Positions 21,678-33,132 are shown, counted from the first letter of the stretch. The stretch: 64,000 nt of DNA from Aurantibacter aestuarii (GCF_003008425.1 NZ_PXOQ01000007.1:456419-520418); one strand, 5' to 3'. A program made the numbers and translations. The notes: generated by a model from the sequence alone, not told the origin.

Positions 21678-24002
21678 TTAAAAATTGTATTTCACACCAA
21701 CATGAAATGCTCTTGGATTCCCAATGGTGTAGGAGTTTTCGCCTCTAAAGCGATTATAACTTGCACGTGCTGAGTATAAATCATCAAATAAGTTTAAGGC
21801 ATGTAACCAAACATCAAAAGATTTGTACTTGTAGCTCACTAAGGCGTTAAAAATGTTATGCCCGTCATAAATAGCAGTAGATTTAGATCCATCGTCGTTA
21901 CTTACTTGATTTTCAAAACTTGTATTGTAAGCGCCAACTAATTCGTGAGATAAAGTCACATTAAAGTTTTTAAAGGCATTGTAACTTACTTTAGTTGTTC
22001 CTAATAACTTAGGTGAAGTTTCACGGTCGGTATTAGAATAATCCACACCATCATCAAAAAAAGAAATGTATTCGTGTTTGGCAAAACTTCCGTTATGCGA
22101 AAATTCTAATGTGGAAATTGGTTTGTAGGAAACTCCATATTCTAAACCATAAGATCTTGTTTCACCAGCATTAGCATTAAAAAAGGCATCGTTTTCATCT
22201 CTTAACGTCACTAAAGTATTTTTACCATTAAGTAAATACAATGCTACATCTAAAGTGATGTTTTTAACTTTAGTATAAGTTCCAACTTCAAGATTATCGT
22301 AAGTACTTGGCTTTAAATCAAACACACTTTCGCCTACACCAACAAAACTATTTCGGTATAAAGTAGAGGTTTGTGGTGGAGTAAATCCATTAGAATAATT
22401 AGCATAAACCCCTAAATTTTTATTCAAATTATAATTTGCACCAAGTTTAGGTGAGATATTGTCGTAACTGTTTTTAGAATCTTTTGGACCAGCAATTCCA
22501 TCGGCTTGATTGTTGTAATCGTAGTCAAACTTATCATAACGTAAAGCTGCTGTAATTTTTAATTTTTCGATAGGATTTATTTCATACTGAAAATATGTGG
22601 CATAGTTTAAAATATTGGCTTTATAATTTAAAATGAAGTCGCCAGAATTTAAGGTAAAATCTGTGTTTTGTCCTGTCGAAGGATTAACGGTCACATCTAA
22701 AGTTTCTGCTATATATTTTTGTGGTGAAAAATCGGTAGTTGCCCCAATAATTAAAGATGAATTTGCAAAGTTGAATTCTTTTTTATGTTGAATTAGTCCA
22801 ACATAACTATAGAATGTATCGTTATTAAGTTCTCCACTTCCAAAACCAGTTAATTGTCCTTGTTGTCTAAATTGACGTATACGATATGATGGATTTTGAC
22901 TCATTTCATTCTTACGAAAAGAAAAATTAAAAACCGTTTTATTAGAAGCATTCCACGTTTTGTCTAAAGTGCTTTTAAAACGAAACGCAAACGCGTCACG
23001 TTCGGTAAAAGTTTGATCACTTTCATAATTACCATTATTATAATCTTCTTCACTTAAAGAACCAGTCATATCACTTCTATAATCTATAATGTGAAAGGTA
23101 TTCGACCAATTCATTGTTGACGATAAGTGATTGACATTTTTAAATGTAATGGCAAATTTTTCGTAGTCACTATGTGAAACAGGACCGTTTTTACGATTTA
23201 CATATTGCGTACCAATATAAAAACCAATGTTTTTATTGGCGTATTGGGAAGCTTCAAAAGCATAACGTTTTAAGCCCAAATCATTGGTTTGAAAGTCTAA
23301 ACTTCCAGTAAAATATTTAGTTGGATTTTTAGTGATAAAGTTGAAACTTCCACCAATTGCTTCGCTTCCATAAATACTAGACGCGAGACCTTTAATTACC
23401 TCTACACGATTAAAAGCCACATCATTCATTTCTAAAAGAGCATTATGATTAAATACTGCTGTTGGTCTAATAGGTAAACCGTCTTCGATATAAAGAAATA
23501 ATGATTTTGTAGAAATTGGAGAGCGTACAGACATGAAATGTTGTTCGTTACTTGCTGCACGAGAAGTACTCATTAATACTCCAGGCACACTGTTGACTAA
23601 TTGATCAATTCCAAATGCTTTTGCAGCTTTTAAGTCTTTTTTAGTAATTACAGTAATTGACGCTGGAACCTCTTTACGACGCTGAAGTTCCCGACTTGCA
23701 GAAATTACAACTTCATTTAAAAGTTCGTCATTTTCTTCTAAAATTATAGTTGTATAACCTGAATTTAAAGACATAACTATTGTTTTATATCCAATATGTT
23801 TAATGATAACTTCAGAATTGTTTTCTATACTAAACTGCCCATTGAGATCTGATATAACTGCATTATTGAGATTTTTTTTAGACTGTATAGTTGCTCCAAT
23901 TATGGGTAAATTTTCAGAATTAATTATTTTTCCAGAGTATTTGTTTTGCGCATGCGCAAAGAGTACCGACATGAAAATGACGGTAAATAAAATATATTTC
24001 AT
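21678..24002 (-). CDS. TonB-dependent receptor (siderophore-type)
   Basis: Signal peptide, plug domain, and a C-terminal beta-barrel ending ...AFHVGVKYNF. Confidence 0.85.
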   Translation of the reverse strand: MKYILFTVIFMSVLFAHAQNKYSGKIINSENLPIIGATIQSKKNLNNAVISDLNGQFSIENNSEVIIKHIGYKTIVMSLNSGYTTIILEENDELLNEVVISASRELQRRKEVPASITVITKKDLKAAKAFGIDQLVNSVPGVLMSTSRAASNEQHFMSVRSPISTKSLFLYIEDGLPIRPTAVFNHNALLEMNDVAFNRVEVIKGLASSIYGSEAIGGSFNFITKNPTKYFTGSLDFQTNDLGLKRYAFEASQYANKNIGFYIGTQYVNRKNGPVSHSDYEKFAITFKNVNHLSSTMNWSNTFHIIDYRSDMTGSLSEEDYNNGNYESDQTFTERDAFAFRFKSTLDKTWNASNKTVFNFSFRKNEMSQNPSYRIRQFRQQGQLTGFGSGELNNDTFYSYVGLIQHKKEFNFANSSLIIGATTDFSPQKYIAETLDVTVNPSTGQNTDFTLNSGDFILNYKANILNYATYFQYEINPIEKLKITAALRYDKFDYDYNNQADGIAGPKDSKNSYDNISPKLGANYNLNKNLGVYANYSNGFTPPQTSTLYRNSFVGVGESVFDLKPSTYDNLEVGTYTKVKNITLDVALYLLNGKNTLVTLRDENDAFFNANAGETRSYGLEYGVSYKPISTLEFSHNGSFAKHEYISFFDDGVDYSNTDRETSPKLLGTTKVSYNAFKNFNVTLSHELVGAYNTSFENQVSNDDGSKSTAIYDGHNIFNALVSYKYKSFDVWLHALNLFDDLYSARASYNRFRGENSYTIGNPRAFHVGVKYNF

Positions 24003-24089
24003 TTAAAGTTAAATTAGGGTATACAAATTAACCTCCGCTTATTTTTATTTTATAAAAATGTGGAGGTAATATTAAAACTAGAATGTTAT

Positions 24090-24485
24090 TTAACTTAGTT
24101 TTGGAGGTGCACTAATTTTATAATTTGGAGAATTATAAAAAGGAAGAATATAATTATATCTAGACTTTAGTTTTAACTTAGTGTAAGTTTCACCTTCAAT
24201 ATGTAATGTTGTTGACTGAAAATATACAGGAAAAAAGGCTTCTACAATTAATGCATAATTACCTTCGTTAGTATCATCACTAAAATTTAATTGATCGGCA
24301 AGATGACATTGACCATTACATTTTAACTCTGGTTTTTCTTTATTAATACAATAAGTTTCTATAATGTAATCTATGTTTAATTCAAAATATCCAATGTAGG
24401 TTACAGTATAAACAGGTCTAAACGCAAAACTAAGTAAAAGGATATATGTGAAAAAAATCTTCAATCGTTTCTGAATAAGCCACAA
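24090..24485 (-). CDS. Hypothetical small exported protein
   Basis: 131 aa with an N-terminal hydrophobic segment; sits just upstream of the TonB receptor on the same strand. Confidence 0.35.
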   Translation of the reverse strand: MWLIQKRLKIFFTYILLLSFAFRPVYTVTYIGYFELNIDYIIETYCINKEKPELKCNGQCHLADQLNFSDDTNEGNYALIVEAFFPVYFQSTTLHIEGETYTKLKLKSRYNYILPFYNSPNYKISAPPKLS

Positions 24486-24569
24486 AATTACAATTTAGAT
24501 ATAAAATCACGTTAATAAATTACCAATTAATATAAAGAATATTTAAGAATTTCATAATTTGCACTACGT

Positions 24570-25427
24570 ATGAAATTATACCCAATTCAATCTGGACATT
24601 TTAAATTAGATGGCGGCGCTATGTTTGGCGTAGTACCAAAATCGTTATGGACCAGAACCAATCCTGCCGACAGTAATAATATGATAGACATTGCCGCGCG
24701 ATGTTTACTTATAGAAGATGGCAATAAACTTACGCTTATAGATACCGGAATGGGTAATAAGCAAAGTGAAAAATTTTATGGACATTATCATTTATACGGT
24801 GACGATTCTATGGATAAATCTCTAAAAGCTGCAGGATTTCATAGAGATGATATTACCGATGTGTTTATGACGCATTTACATTTTGACCATTGTGGTGGTA
24901 GTATTGAATATGATAAAAACCGAAATTTACAACCAGCATTTAAAAATGCACATTTTTGGAGTAATAAAAACCATTGGAAATGGGCTACAGAGCCAAATAG
25001 ACGTGAAGTGGCTTCGTTTTTAAAAGAAAATATTCTTCCTATGGAAGAATGCGGACAATTAAAATTTACGGATATTCCTGAAACTGATATTTTAAAAAAT
25101 TCAGCTTTAGGCTTCGATATTTTTTTCGCAAATGGTCATACCGAAAAACAAATGATTCCAATGATTCATTATAAAGGTAAAACCATTTGTTTTATGGCCG
25201 ACCTTTTACCAACAGTAGGACATTTACCTTTACCATTTGTTATGGGTTACGACACTAGACCATTGTTAACTTTAGATGAAAAAGAACGCTTTCTAAACAT
25301 GGCGGCCGATAATGAGTTGTATCTGTTTATGGAACATGACGCTCATAACGAAATTATTACGGTGCAACACACCGAAAAAGGCGTACGATTAAAAGACACC
25401 TTTACTTGTAACGACATATTTAACTAA
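24570..25427 (+). CDS. MBL-fold metallo-hydrolase
   Basis: THLHFDHCGG metal-binding motif; 285 aa. Confidence 0.8.
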   Translation: MKLYPIQSGHFKLDGGAMFGVVPKSLWTRTNPADSNNMIDIAARCLLIEDGNKLTLIDTGMGNKQSEKFYGHYHLYGDDSMDKSLKAAGFHRDDITDVFMTHLHFDHCGGSIEYDKNRNLQPAFKNAHFWSNKNHWKWATEPNRREVASFLKENILPMEECGQLKFTDIPETDILKNSALGFDIFFANGHTEKQMIPMIHYKGKTICFMADLLPTVGHLPLPFVMGYDTRPLLTLDEKERFLNMAADNELYLFMEHDAHNEIITVQHTEKGVRLKDTFTCNDIFN

Positions 25428-25438
25428 ACATAATTTAT

Positions 25439-27049
25439 ATGAAATTTATTAATAAACCTATCTTATTTTCTGCTGTAGCAGCAGTCCTTTTATCAAGTTG
25501 TGGTGGTAGTTCAGAAATTCTGTCTACACCAATTTCAAATATTGATAACACACCAATTAAAGAACAAGAATTAACCGAGTATGAAAAACAAAACTGGGGA
25601 CATTTAGATTTAGTAAAAGACACCATTCCTGGAATGAGTGTGAACAAAGCTTATTCTGAAATTATTAAAGATAAAAAAGGAAAGAAAATTATTGTTGCCG
25701 TTATAGATTCTGGAATAGACATTACTCATGAAGATTTAGATGATAATCTTTGGACTAACGAAGATGAAATTCCAGGAAATGGTATAGACGACGATAAAAA
25801 CGGTTATGTAGATGATATTCACGGTTGGAACTTTTTAGGCGATGCTTACGACGAGCAGTTAGAATATGTAAGAGTTGTAGCTTTAGGTGATAAAAATCAT
25901 CCGCAATACGCAAGAGCAGTAGAAACTTTAGAGAAAGAAAAAGCAGGCGTTGCACCAAAAAAACAACGTTATGAGCAAATATATGCAGCTTTAAATGCGG
26001 CAGATGATGCGTTTACAAAACATTTTGGTAAAGAAGATTATACTAATGAAGAGGTTAAGAACTTAGAAACAACCGACGAAACATTATTACAATACAAAGG
26101 ACTTGCAGAACAAATGAATGGTTTTGGTTTACCAAGTATTCAAAAAGGTCAAGAAACTTTAAAAGATGAGTTAACAAAACTAGCAGATAGCTACAGTAAA
26201 GGTTTAAACCCAGAATATTCTTACAGAACTACGGGAGATAACCCTAACGATTTTAACGATATGCCAGGATACGGTAATGCTAACGTAATGCCTTCAGTAA
26301 AATCTGAAGCTCACGGAACGCATGTTGCCGGTATTATTTTAGCAGAACGTGATAATGGAAAAGGTGCCAATGGTGTTGCAAACAATGCGGTATTAATGAG
26401 TATTCGTGTAGTACCAAATGGAGACGAGTACGATAAAGATGTGGCAAAAGGAATCCGTTATGCGGTAGACAATGGAGCAAATATTATTAATGGAAGTTTT
26501 GGTAAATCGTTTTCTATACATAGCGACTGGGTTAGAGATGCTATTAAATATGCAAGCGATAACAATGTGATTTTTGTGCATGCTGCAGGAAACTCGGGTG
26601 AAGACGTAGATGTAGAACCAAACTTCCCAGACGATAATACTGGAGGCGCAGAAGTGTCTAATACTTACATACGTGTTGGCGCATTAGCACCAAAATACGG
26701 CTCTAATATTGTTGCAGGGTTTTCTAACTATGGTAAGAAAAATGTAGATGTATTTGCACCAGGTGCAGAAGTTTACTCTTCTACACCAGAAAATGAATAT
26801 AGTACGTTTGGAGGAACAAGTATGGCTGCTCCAGCAGTTGCAGGTGTTGCAGCTTTAGTGTGGTCTTATTATCCAAAATTAACTGCTGCTCAAGTTAAAC
26901 AAGTTATTTTAAGTTCTGGAATTCCAGTAACTACAAACGTTGTTGTTGGTGGAAATCCAGAAGACGTGAGATCATTTCAAGATTTAACAAAATCTGGTAA
27001 AATGGTAAACGCTTATAACGCATTAATCATGGCTAGTAAAATGAAATAA
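25439..27049 (+). CDS. Subtilisin-like S8 serine peptidase (lipoprotein)
   Basis: Lipoprotein signal (LLSSCGG) and the Asp (VAVIDSGID), His (HGTHVAG) and Ser (GGTSMAAP) triad motifs. Confidence 0.85.
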   Translation: MKFINKPILFSAVAAVLLSSCGGSSEILSTPISNIDNTPIKEQELTEYEKQNWGHLDLVKDTIPGMSVNKAYSEIIKDKKGKKIIVAVIDSGIDITHEDLDDNLWTNEDEIPGNGIDDDKNGYVDDIHGWNFLGDAYDEQLEYVRVVALGDKNHPQYARAVETLEKEKAGVAPKKQRYEQIYAALNAADDAFTKHFGKEDYTNEEVKNLETTDETLLQYKGLAEQMNGFGLPSIQKGQETLKDELTKLADSYSKGLNPEYSYRTTGDNPNDFNDMPGYGNANVMPSVKSEAHGTHVAGIILAERDNGKGANGVANNAVLMSIRVVPNGDEYDKDVAKGIRYAVDNGANIINGSFGKSFSIHSDWVRDAIKYASDNNVIFVHAAGNSGEDVDVEPNFPDDNTGGAEVSNTYIRVGALAPKYGSNIVAGFSNYGKKNVDVFAPGAEVYSSTPENEYSTFGGTSMAAPAVAGVAALVWSYYPKLTAAQVKQVILSSGIPVTTNVVVGGNPEDVRSFQDLTKSGKMVNAYNALIMASKMK

Positions 27050-27089
27050 TTCGTTTTAAAAAACATAAATTTTTAAACCTTAATAGTGA

Positions 27090-28238
27090 TTGCTATTAAG
27101 GTTTTTTTTGTTTCTTGTAGCTATGAATTATAGTTACTGGGAACACAAAAACTGGCTATCTAACATAGATTACGTAATTATTGGCAGTGGTATTGTGGGT
27201 TTGAATTGTGCACTTCAACTTAGAAAAAAACACCCTAAAGCCAAAATAGTTATTTTGGAAAGAGGTCTATTGCCTCAAGGAGCTAGTACAAAAAATGCGG
27301 GATTTGCTTGCTTTGGAAGCTTAACAGAACTTATTGATGACTTAAAAACACACTCTGAAGAAGAGGTTATTAAATTAGTTTTGCAACGCATAAAGGGTTT
27401 ACACCTTTTAAGACAGTTGGTTGGCGATAAAAATATGAGTTACAACGCTTTTGGTGGTTTTGAAATATTTACAGAACGTGACAGTTTTTTATTTGAAGAG
27501 TGCCAGGTGCATAAAAATCATATCAATCAATTATTAAAACCCATATTTAAAGCAGAAGTATTTACAGAAATAGATAATCATTTCAATTTTAAAAATATTC
27601 ACGAACAACTCATTTTTAATCCTTTTGAAGGACAGATAGATACGGGTAAAATGATGGATACGCTATTAAAAAAAGCCATTAAAAATGATATTAAAATTTT
27701 AAATCATATTTCGGTTGAAGCAATTGAAGAACATAATACTGGTGTAGAACTAAAAACCAATCAGTTTAATTTAAAAGCTAAAAAAGTTTTGGTAGCTACT
27801 AATGGTTTTGCTTCTCAGCTTTTAGATGAAGTCGTTAAACCAGCACGAGCTCAGGTTTTAATAACATCACCTATCAAAAAACTTCATATAAAAGGAACCT
27901 TTCATTTAGAGCAAGGCTATTATTACTTCAGAAACATCAATAACAGAATTCTATTAGGTGGCGGAAGACAATTGGATTTTAAAACAGAAGAAACTACCAG
28001 TTTCGAGCAAACCGAATTAATTCAGAATAAATTAGAAGCATTATTACATACCGTAATTTTACCCAATTCAAATTTTGAAATCGAGCACCGCTGGAGCGGA
28101 ATTATGGGTGTAGGTGCTCAAAAAAAACCAATTGTAAAACAAATCTCTAATCATATCTATTGTGGCGTAAGACTTGGAGGTATGGGCATTGCAATTGGCA
28201 GCCTAGTAGGCAAAGAATTGGCAGATTTAGTAGATTAA
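27090..28238 (+). CDS. FAD-dependent oxidoreductase (DAO family)
   Basis: N-terminal VIIGSGIVGLNCALQL dinucleotide-binding motif; 382 aa. Confidence 0.7.
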   Translation: MLLRFFLFLVAMNYSYWEHKNWLSNIDYVIIGSGIVGLNCALQLRKKHPKAKIVILERGLLPQGASTKNAGFACFGSLTELIDDLKTHSEEEVIKLVLQRIKGLHLLRQLVGDKNMSYNAFGGFEIFTERDSFLFEECQVHKNHINQLLKPIFKAEVFTEIDNHFNFKNIHEQLIFNPFEGQIDTGKMMDTLLKKAIKNDIKILNHISVEAIEEHNTGVELKTNQFNLKAKKVLVATNGFASQLLDEVVKPARAQVLITSPIKKLHIKGTFHLEQGYYYFRNINNRILLGGGRQLDFKTEETTSFEQTELIQNKLEALLHTVILPNSNFEIEHRWSGIMGVGAQKKPIVKQISNHIYCGVRLGGMGIAIGSLVGKELADLVD

Positions 28239-28252
28239 TTTAAAACACATAC

Positions 28253-28930
28253 ATGAAAAGAATTTTTACGTTTTTATTTAAATGCGCGCTTTGGTTTATA
28301 GTAATTTCTGTAGGCTTAGTGACCTTATATAAGTTTGTGCCCGTTTATTACACACCTTTAATGGCTATTCGTTATTTTGAAGACGATAGTAAAACGAAGT
28401 CCGTTAAGCATGAATGGGTGACTTCTGAAGAGATTTCAGACCACTTAAAAAAAGCAGTTATTTGTAGTGAAGACCAGAAATTTTTAAAACACAATGGGTT
28501 TGATATGGTGGCTATAGAAAAAGCTTACGAAAACAACCAGAAAGGCAAACGTATTAAAGGCGGAAGCACCATTAGCCAGCAGACGGCAAAAAATGTATTT
28601 CTATGGCCAAACCGTAGTTGGTTGCGTAAAGGTTTAGAAACCTATTTTACATTTTTAATCGAATTAATCTGGAGTAAAGAACGCATTATGGAAGTGTATT
28701 TAAACAGTATAGAAATGGGTAATGGAGTTTATGGTGCGCAAGCAGCTTCACAGTACTGGTTTAAAACATCAGCAAACAAATTATCTAAAAGTCAGGCAGC
28801 AGCAATAGCAGCGGTGTTGCCAAATCCAAGAAGATACCGCGCAAATCCACCAACCAATTACATCGCTAAGCGCAAAACGTGGATTATGAGACAAATGGGT
28901 TTTCACGGACCTTTAAAGTTTGAAGATTAA
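28253..28930 (+). CDS. mtgA: Monofunctional biosynthetic peptidoglycan transglycosylase
   Basis: GT51 motifs (EDQKFLKHNGFD, GGSTISQQTAKN) after an N-terminal TM anchor; 225 aa. Confidence 0.85.
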   Translation: MKRIFTFLFKCALWFIVISVGLVTLYKFVPVYYTPLMAIRYFEDDSKTKSVKHEWVTSEEISDHLKKAVICSEDQKFLKHNGFDMVAIEKAYENNQKGKRIKGGSTISQQTAKNVFLWPNRSWLRKGLETYFTFLIELIWSKERIMEVYLNSIEMGNGVYGAQAASQYWFKTSANKLSKSQAAAIAAVLPNPRRYRANPPTNYIAKRKTWIMRQMGFHGPLKFED

Positions 28931-29396
28931 CTACTTTATGGATAATAACACTATAAAAACGGAGCTTTTAGCTTTGTGTCAGCTTAGTATAAAGCAACGC
29001 TTAGACAGCATAAAAGATATTATTAATAACTTACAGCAGAGTCTAGAAAGTGAAACCAAAAGTAGCGCTGGAGATAAACACGAAACAGGTCGGGCAATGG
29101 TTCAACTGGAACGTGAAAAAGCAGGGCAACAATTAGTAGATATACAGAAAAGTCAACACATCTTGGATAAAATAAACCCTGAATCTACATCGGAAACCAT
29201 TGGCTTAGGCAGCGTGGTTTTTACCTCAGGATCTAATTATTTTATCGGGATAAGCTCAGGAGAACTTAGGGTTGAAAACACTACTTTTTATGCTATTTCC
29301 TCAAGTACGCCAATAGGTCAGTTGCTATTAGGCAAGAGAGTTGGAGATGAGGTTGCTTTTAGGGGCTTAGAGTTTAATATTATTGAAATTTTGTAA
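28920..29396 (+). CDS. GreA/GreB-family (C-terminal FKBP-like domain) protein
   Basis: 158 aa with an N-terminal coiled coil and a C-terminus GDEVAFRGLEFNIIEI, typical of the Gre-factor C-domain family. Confidence 0.55.
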   Translation: MKINYFMDNNTIKTELLALCQLSIKQRLDSIKDIINNLQQSLESETKSSAGDKHETGRAMVQLEREKAGQQLVDIQKSQHILDKINPESTSETIGLGSVVFTSGSNYFIGISSGELRVENTTFYAISSSTPIGQLLLGKRVGDEVAFRGLEFNIIEIL

Positions 29397-29446
29397 ATAA
29401 AAAAAGCAGACCAACCTAAGCCAGTCCACTTTTTCCTTTCTAATGG

Positions 29447-31162
<1,716 letters not shown>

Positions 31163-31176
31163 TTAATTGTGCGCCA

Positions 31177-31206
31177 TTAACGTCTCTGTTTAATGGCGCT
31201 GTTTTT
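31177..31206 (-). promoter_or_regulatory. Perfect 10-bp hairpin in the rtcB 5' leader
   Basis: GCGCCATTAA-N9-TTAATGGCGC, 16 nt upstream of the rtcB start codon. Confidence 0.4.
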
Positions 31207-31260
31207 TATACTAATTAGAAGTACTTGTTTCTAATTACTCTGCAAATATTAAGCAGTTGT

Positions 31261-31280
31261 GTGCAATGTTTTTGCGTACT
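31261..31280. promoter_or_regulatory. Conserved dyad motif, site 1 (GTGCAATGTTTTTGCGTACT), upstream of rtcB
   Basis: One of three near-identical GCAAT-RTTTTT-GCGTA sites; about 110 bp upstream of the rtcB start. Confidence 0.55.
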
Positions 31281-31373
31281 GAATTTTTTATTTAAAAATT
31301 GTGTTTAATTACATCTGAAACAAGCTTATAATAATGTAAACACTTTGCGAGAATTACTACGTAAGCGATTGAT

Positions 31374-31444
31374 GCGGTATCCTTTTGTTTTTTTGCAAAA
31401 GATTTAGCGGAAAGCGTAACCCAAACTTTTGTTTGGGTTACGCC
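31374..31444. repeat. ~70-nt repeated element, copy A (GCGGTATCCTTTT...CAAAAGATTTAGCGGAAAGCGT + 13-bp hairpin)
   Basis: Shares GCGGYATCCTTTTT ... CAAAAAGATATAGCGGA ... GTAACGCC with copies at 41510 and 47120. It also serves as the terminator hairpin after the SPFH gene. Confidence 0.45.
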
Positions 31445-31450
31445 ATACTA

Positions 31451-32551
31451 TTACTTATTTACAGTAAACATATGTTTTAATTGTTCCAAGGTGTTTCCAT
31501 GGTTTCCAACCGTAATTTCGCCTACTTTTTCTGCAATTTTCTCTACATATTCCATTTCTTTCAACTTGAATAACATGCTGTTATCTTCCATTAATTTTGC
31601 GGTATTTAACAAACTTCTTGTGGAAGCGGTTTCCTCACGTCTGGTAATAACATTGGCTTGCGCCTTTTTTTGTGCTACTAAAACCTGATTCATGATTTCT
31701 TTCATGTCTCCTGGCAAAATAACATCTCTAATTCCTGTGTTTAAAACAGTCACACCTAATTTCTTGGCTTGCTCAGTTACTTCAGTTAAAACTGCGTTAG
31801 AAATACTTTCTTTTTGCTCTAATAATTCGTCTAAAGTATAAGCGCCAACATAGGCTCTTAACTTTAATTGTAAGGCAATATATAATTGCTTTTCGTACTC
31901 TTTATTTTGCATTAATGCGGTTTCAATGTTTACCACTTTGTACTGCGCATAAAAGTTAATTCTAATAGTAGCTTTATCTTTTGTTAACAATTCTTGACCC
32001 GAAATTTCTAATTGTAACTGACGTAAATCTGCTTTTGCAATTTTAATGGTTTGATTATTTCTCCAATAGTAATAGGTTCCTGCGCCTAATGTTTTTTGAT
32101 ATTGGTCGTCTATAATTAAAACTGCTTTTTCAAACGCAGAGACTTCAAAAACTCTGATGTATGCTTTTAACGATGCATGATTAAACAAGCTTTTGTTAAT
32201 ATCTTCGGTGATTTCAATGTTATTTAAATCTACTGTGGTAAATTTATAATTGATTAATCCTTTCCAAAAAACATGTCTTCCTGCAGTTAAAACGGTTTTA
32301 AAATTGTTGTTTTCGTACATTAAAACAATTTCGTTATCCTTAACTTCTACAACCTCTAACATGCTAGATAAATTAGAATCTTTAAGTAAGATTTCTAAGG
32401 TTATAGGTGTTTTAAATGAGTGCGACATTGTATAGTTTAAAACACGTTTGTTAAAATTTAACCAATGTGTTCCTTCAGTAATTACGCGTTTATAATTATT
32501 GTTTTTAAATACTAATCCTACAAATCCTGAGTTAATTCTTACTCTTTTCAT
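31451..32551 (-). CDS. Soluble SPFH/band-7 (stomatin/prohibitin-like) protein with triple N-terminal repeat
   Basis: C-terminal SPFH signature (TIRINFYAQYKV...LGVTVLNTGIRDVILPGDMKEIMNQVLVAQKKAQANVI). Three ~55-aa N-terminal repeats centred on YKRVITEGTHW / FKTVLTAGRHVFW / YQKTLGAGTYYYW; no TM segment. Confidence 0.75.
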   Translation of the reverse strand: MKRVRINSGFVGLVFKNNNYKRVITEGTHWLNFNKRVLNYTMSHSFKTPITLEILLKDSNLSSMLEVVEVKDNEIVLMYENNNFKTVLTAGRHVFWKGLINYKFTTVDLNNIEITEDINKSLFNHASLKAYIRVFEVSAFEKAVLIIDDQYQKTLGAGTYYYWRNNQTIKIAKADLRQLQLEISGQELLTKDKATIRINFYAQYKVVNIETALMQNKEYEKQLYIALQLKLRAYVGAYTLDELLEQKESISNAVLTEVTEQAKKLGVTVLNTGIRDVILPGDMKEIMNQVLVAQKKAQANVITRREETASTRSLLNTAKLMEDNSMLFKLKEMEYVEKIAEKVGEITVGNHGNTLEQLKHMFTVNK

Positions 32552-32830
32552 TTGATTCTAATTTTTGTTCTGTTTCTATTTTTAATACAGAACTATTAAA
32601 CATTTATAATAGAATTACCAGTTACGATAATGACTATTCTTTGTAAACAAAGCGCTTAAATGCATTGTTATTACTACGGAAATTCGGCTTATTTTAGCTT
32701 TATATGAATTGTTTTGTAGATGATTAATAAGCTATTAACATGATGTTTTAAACTTAAAAATGAATCTTTTAAAGAATCCATAAAACAGCTTTTAATAATG
32801 CTGAATTTCAAGGTGTTTTCCCAATTGCTA

Positions 32831-32867
32831 AAAGTGTTAGCACGTTTTTAAACACTTTGCTTTTTTT
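32831..32867 (+). terminator. Orphan terminator-like hairpin in an ORF-free region
   Basis: AAAGTGTT-N12-AACACTTT stem followed by GCTTTTTTTGCC; no plus-strand ORF upstream. Confidence 0.3.
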
Positions 32868-33001
32868 GCCATTTATTGTGTGACGCACAAGGGATCTATT
32901 TTTTAAAGTTGATCTTCTTTCCTAAAGTTGGATTTTGAATCCATTTCAATTGCTGTAACCGAAATACAGTGCGTTTGCCAATTTCGCCACAAACCGAAAA
33001 C

Positions 33002-33072
33002 TCGGTTTGGTAGGACTCGAACCTACAAATTGATCTATTGCTTAACCAGACTTAGCTACTTCAAGTTAATGA
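33002..33072 (-). pseudogene. tRNA 3'-half-like fragment A (T-arm plus 3' acceptor strand, no matching 5' half)
   Basis: Reverse complement GTAGGTTCGAGTCCTAC-CAAACCG-A is a canonical T-arm and acceptor 3' strand, but no complementary 5' acceptor strand lies within 100 nt. The adjacent hairpin CAAACCGAGTTTTCGGTTTG folds back on it. Confidence 0.45.
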
Positions 33073-33132
33073 AGGCAGGATTCGAACCTGCGTACATAGA
33101 ATTGATTATTATTTGGCTAATAACCGTAGCCT
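33068..33132 (-). pseudogene. tRNA 3'-half-like fragment B
   Basis: Reverse complement ...GCAGGTTCGAATCCTGC-CTTCATT-A has no 5' acceptor partner. A 64-nt mini-structure closed by GAAGGC/GCCTTC lacks a D-arm. Confidence 0.4.
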
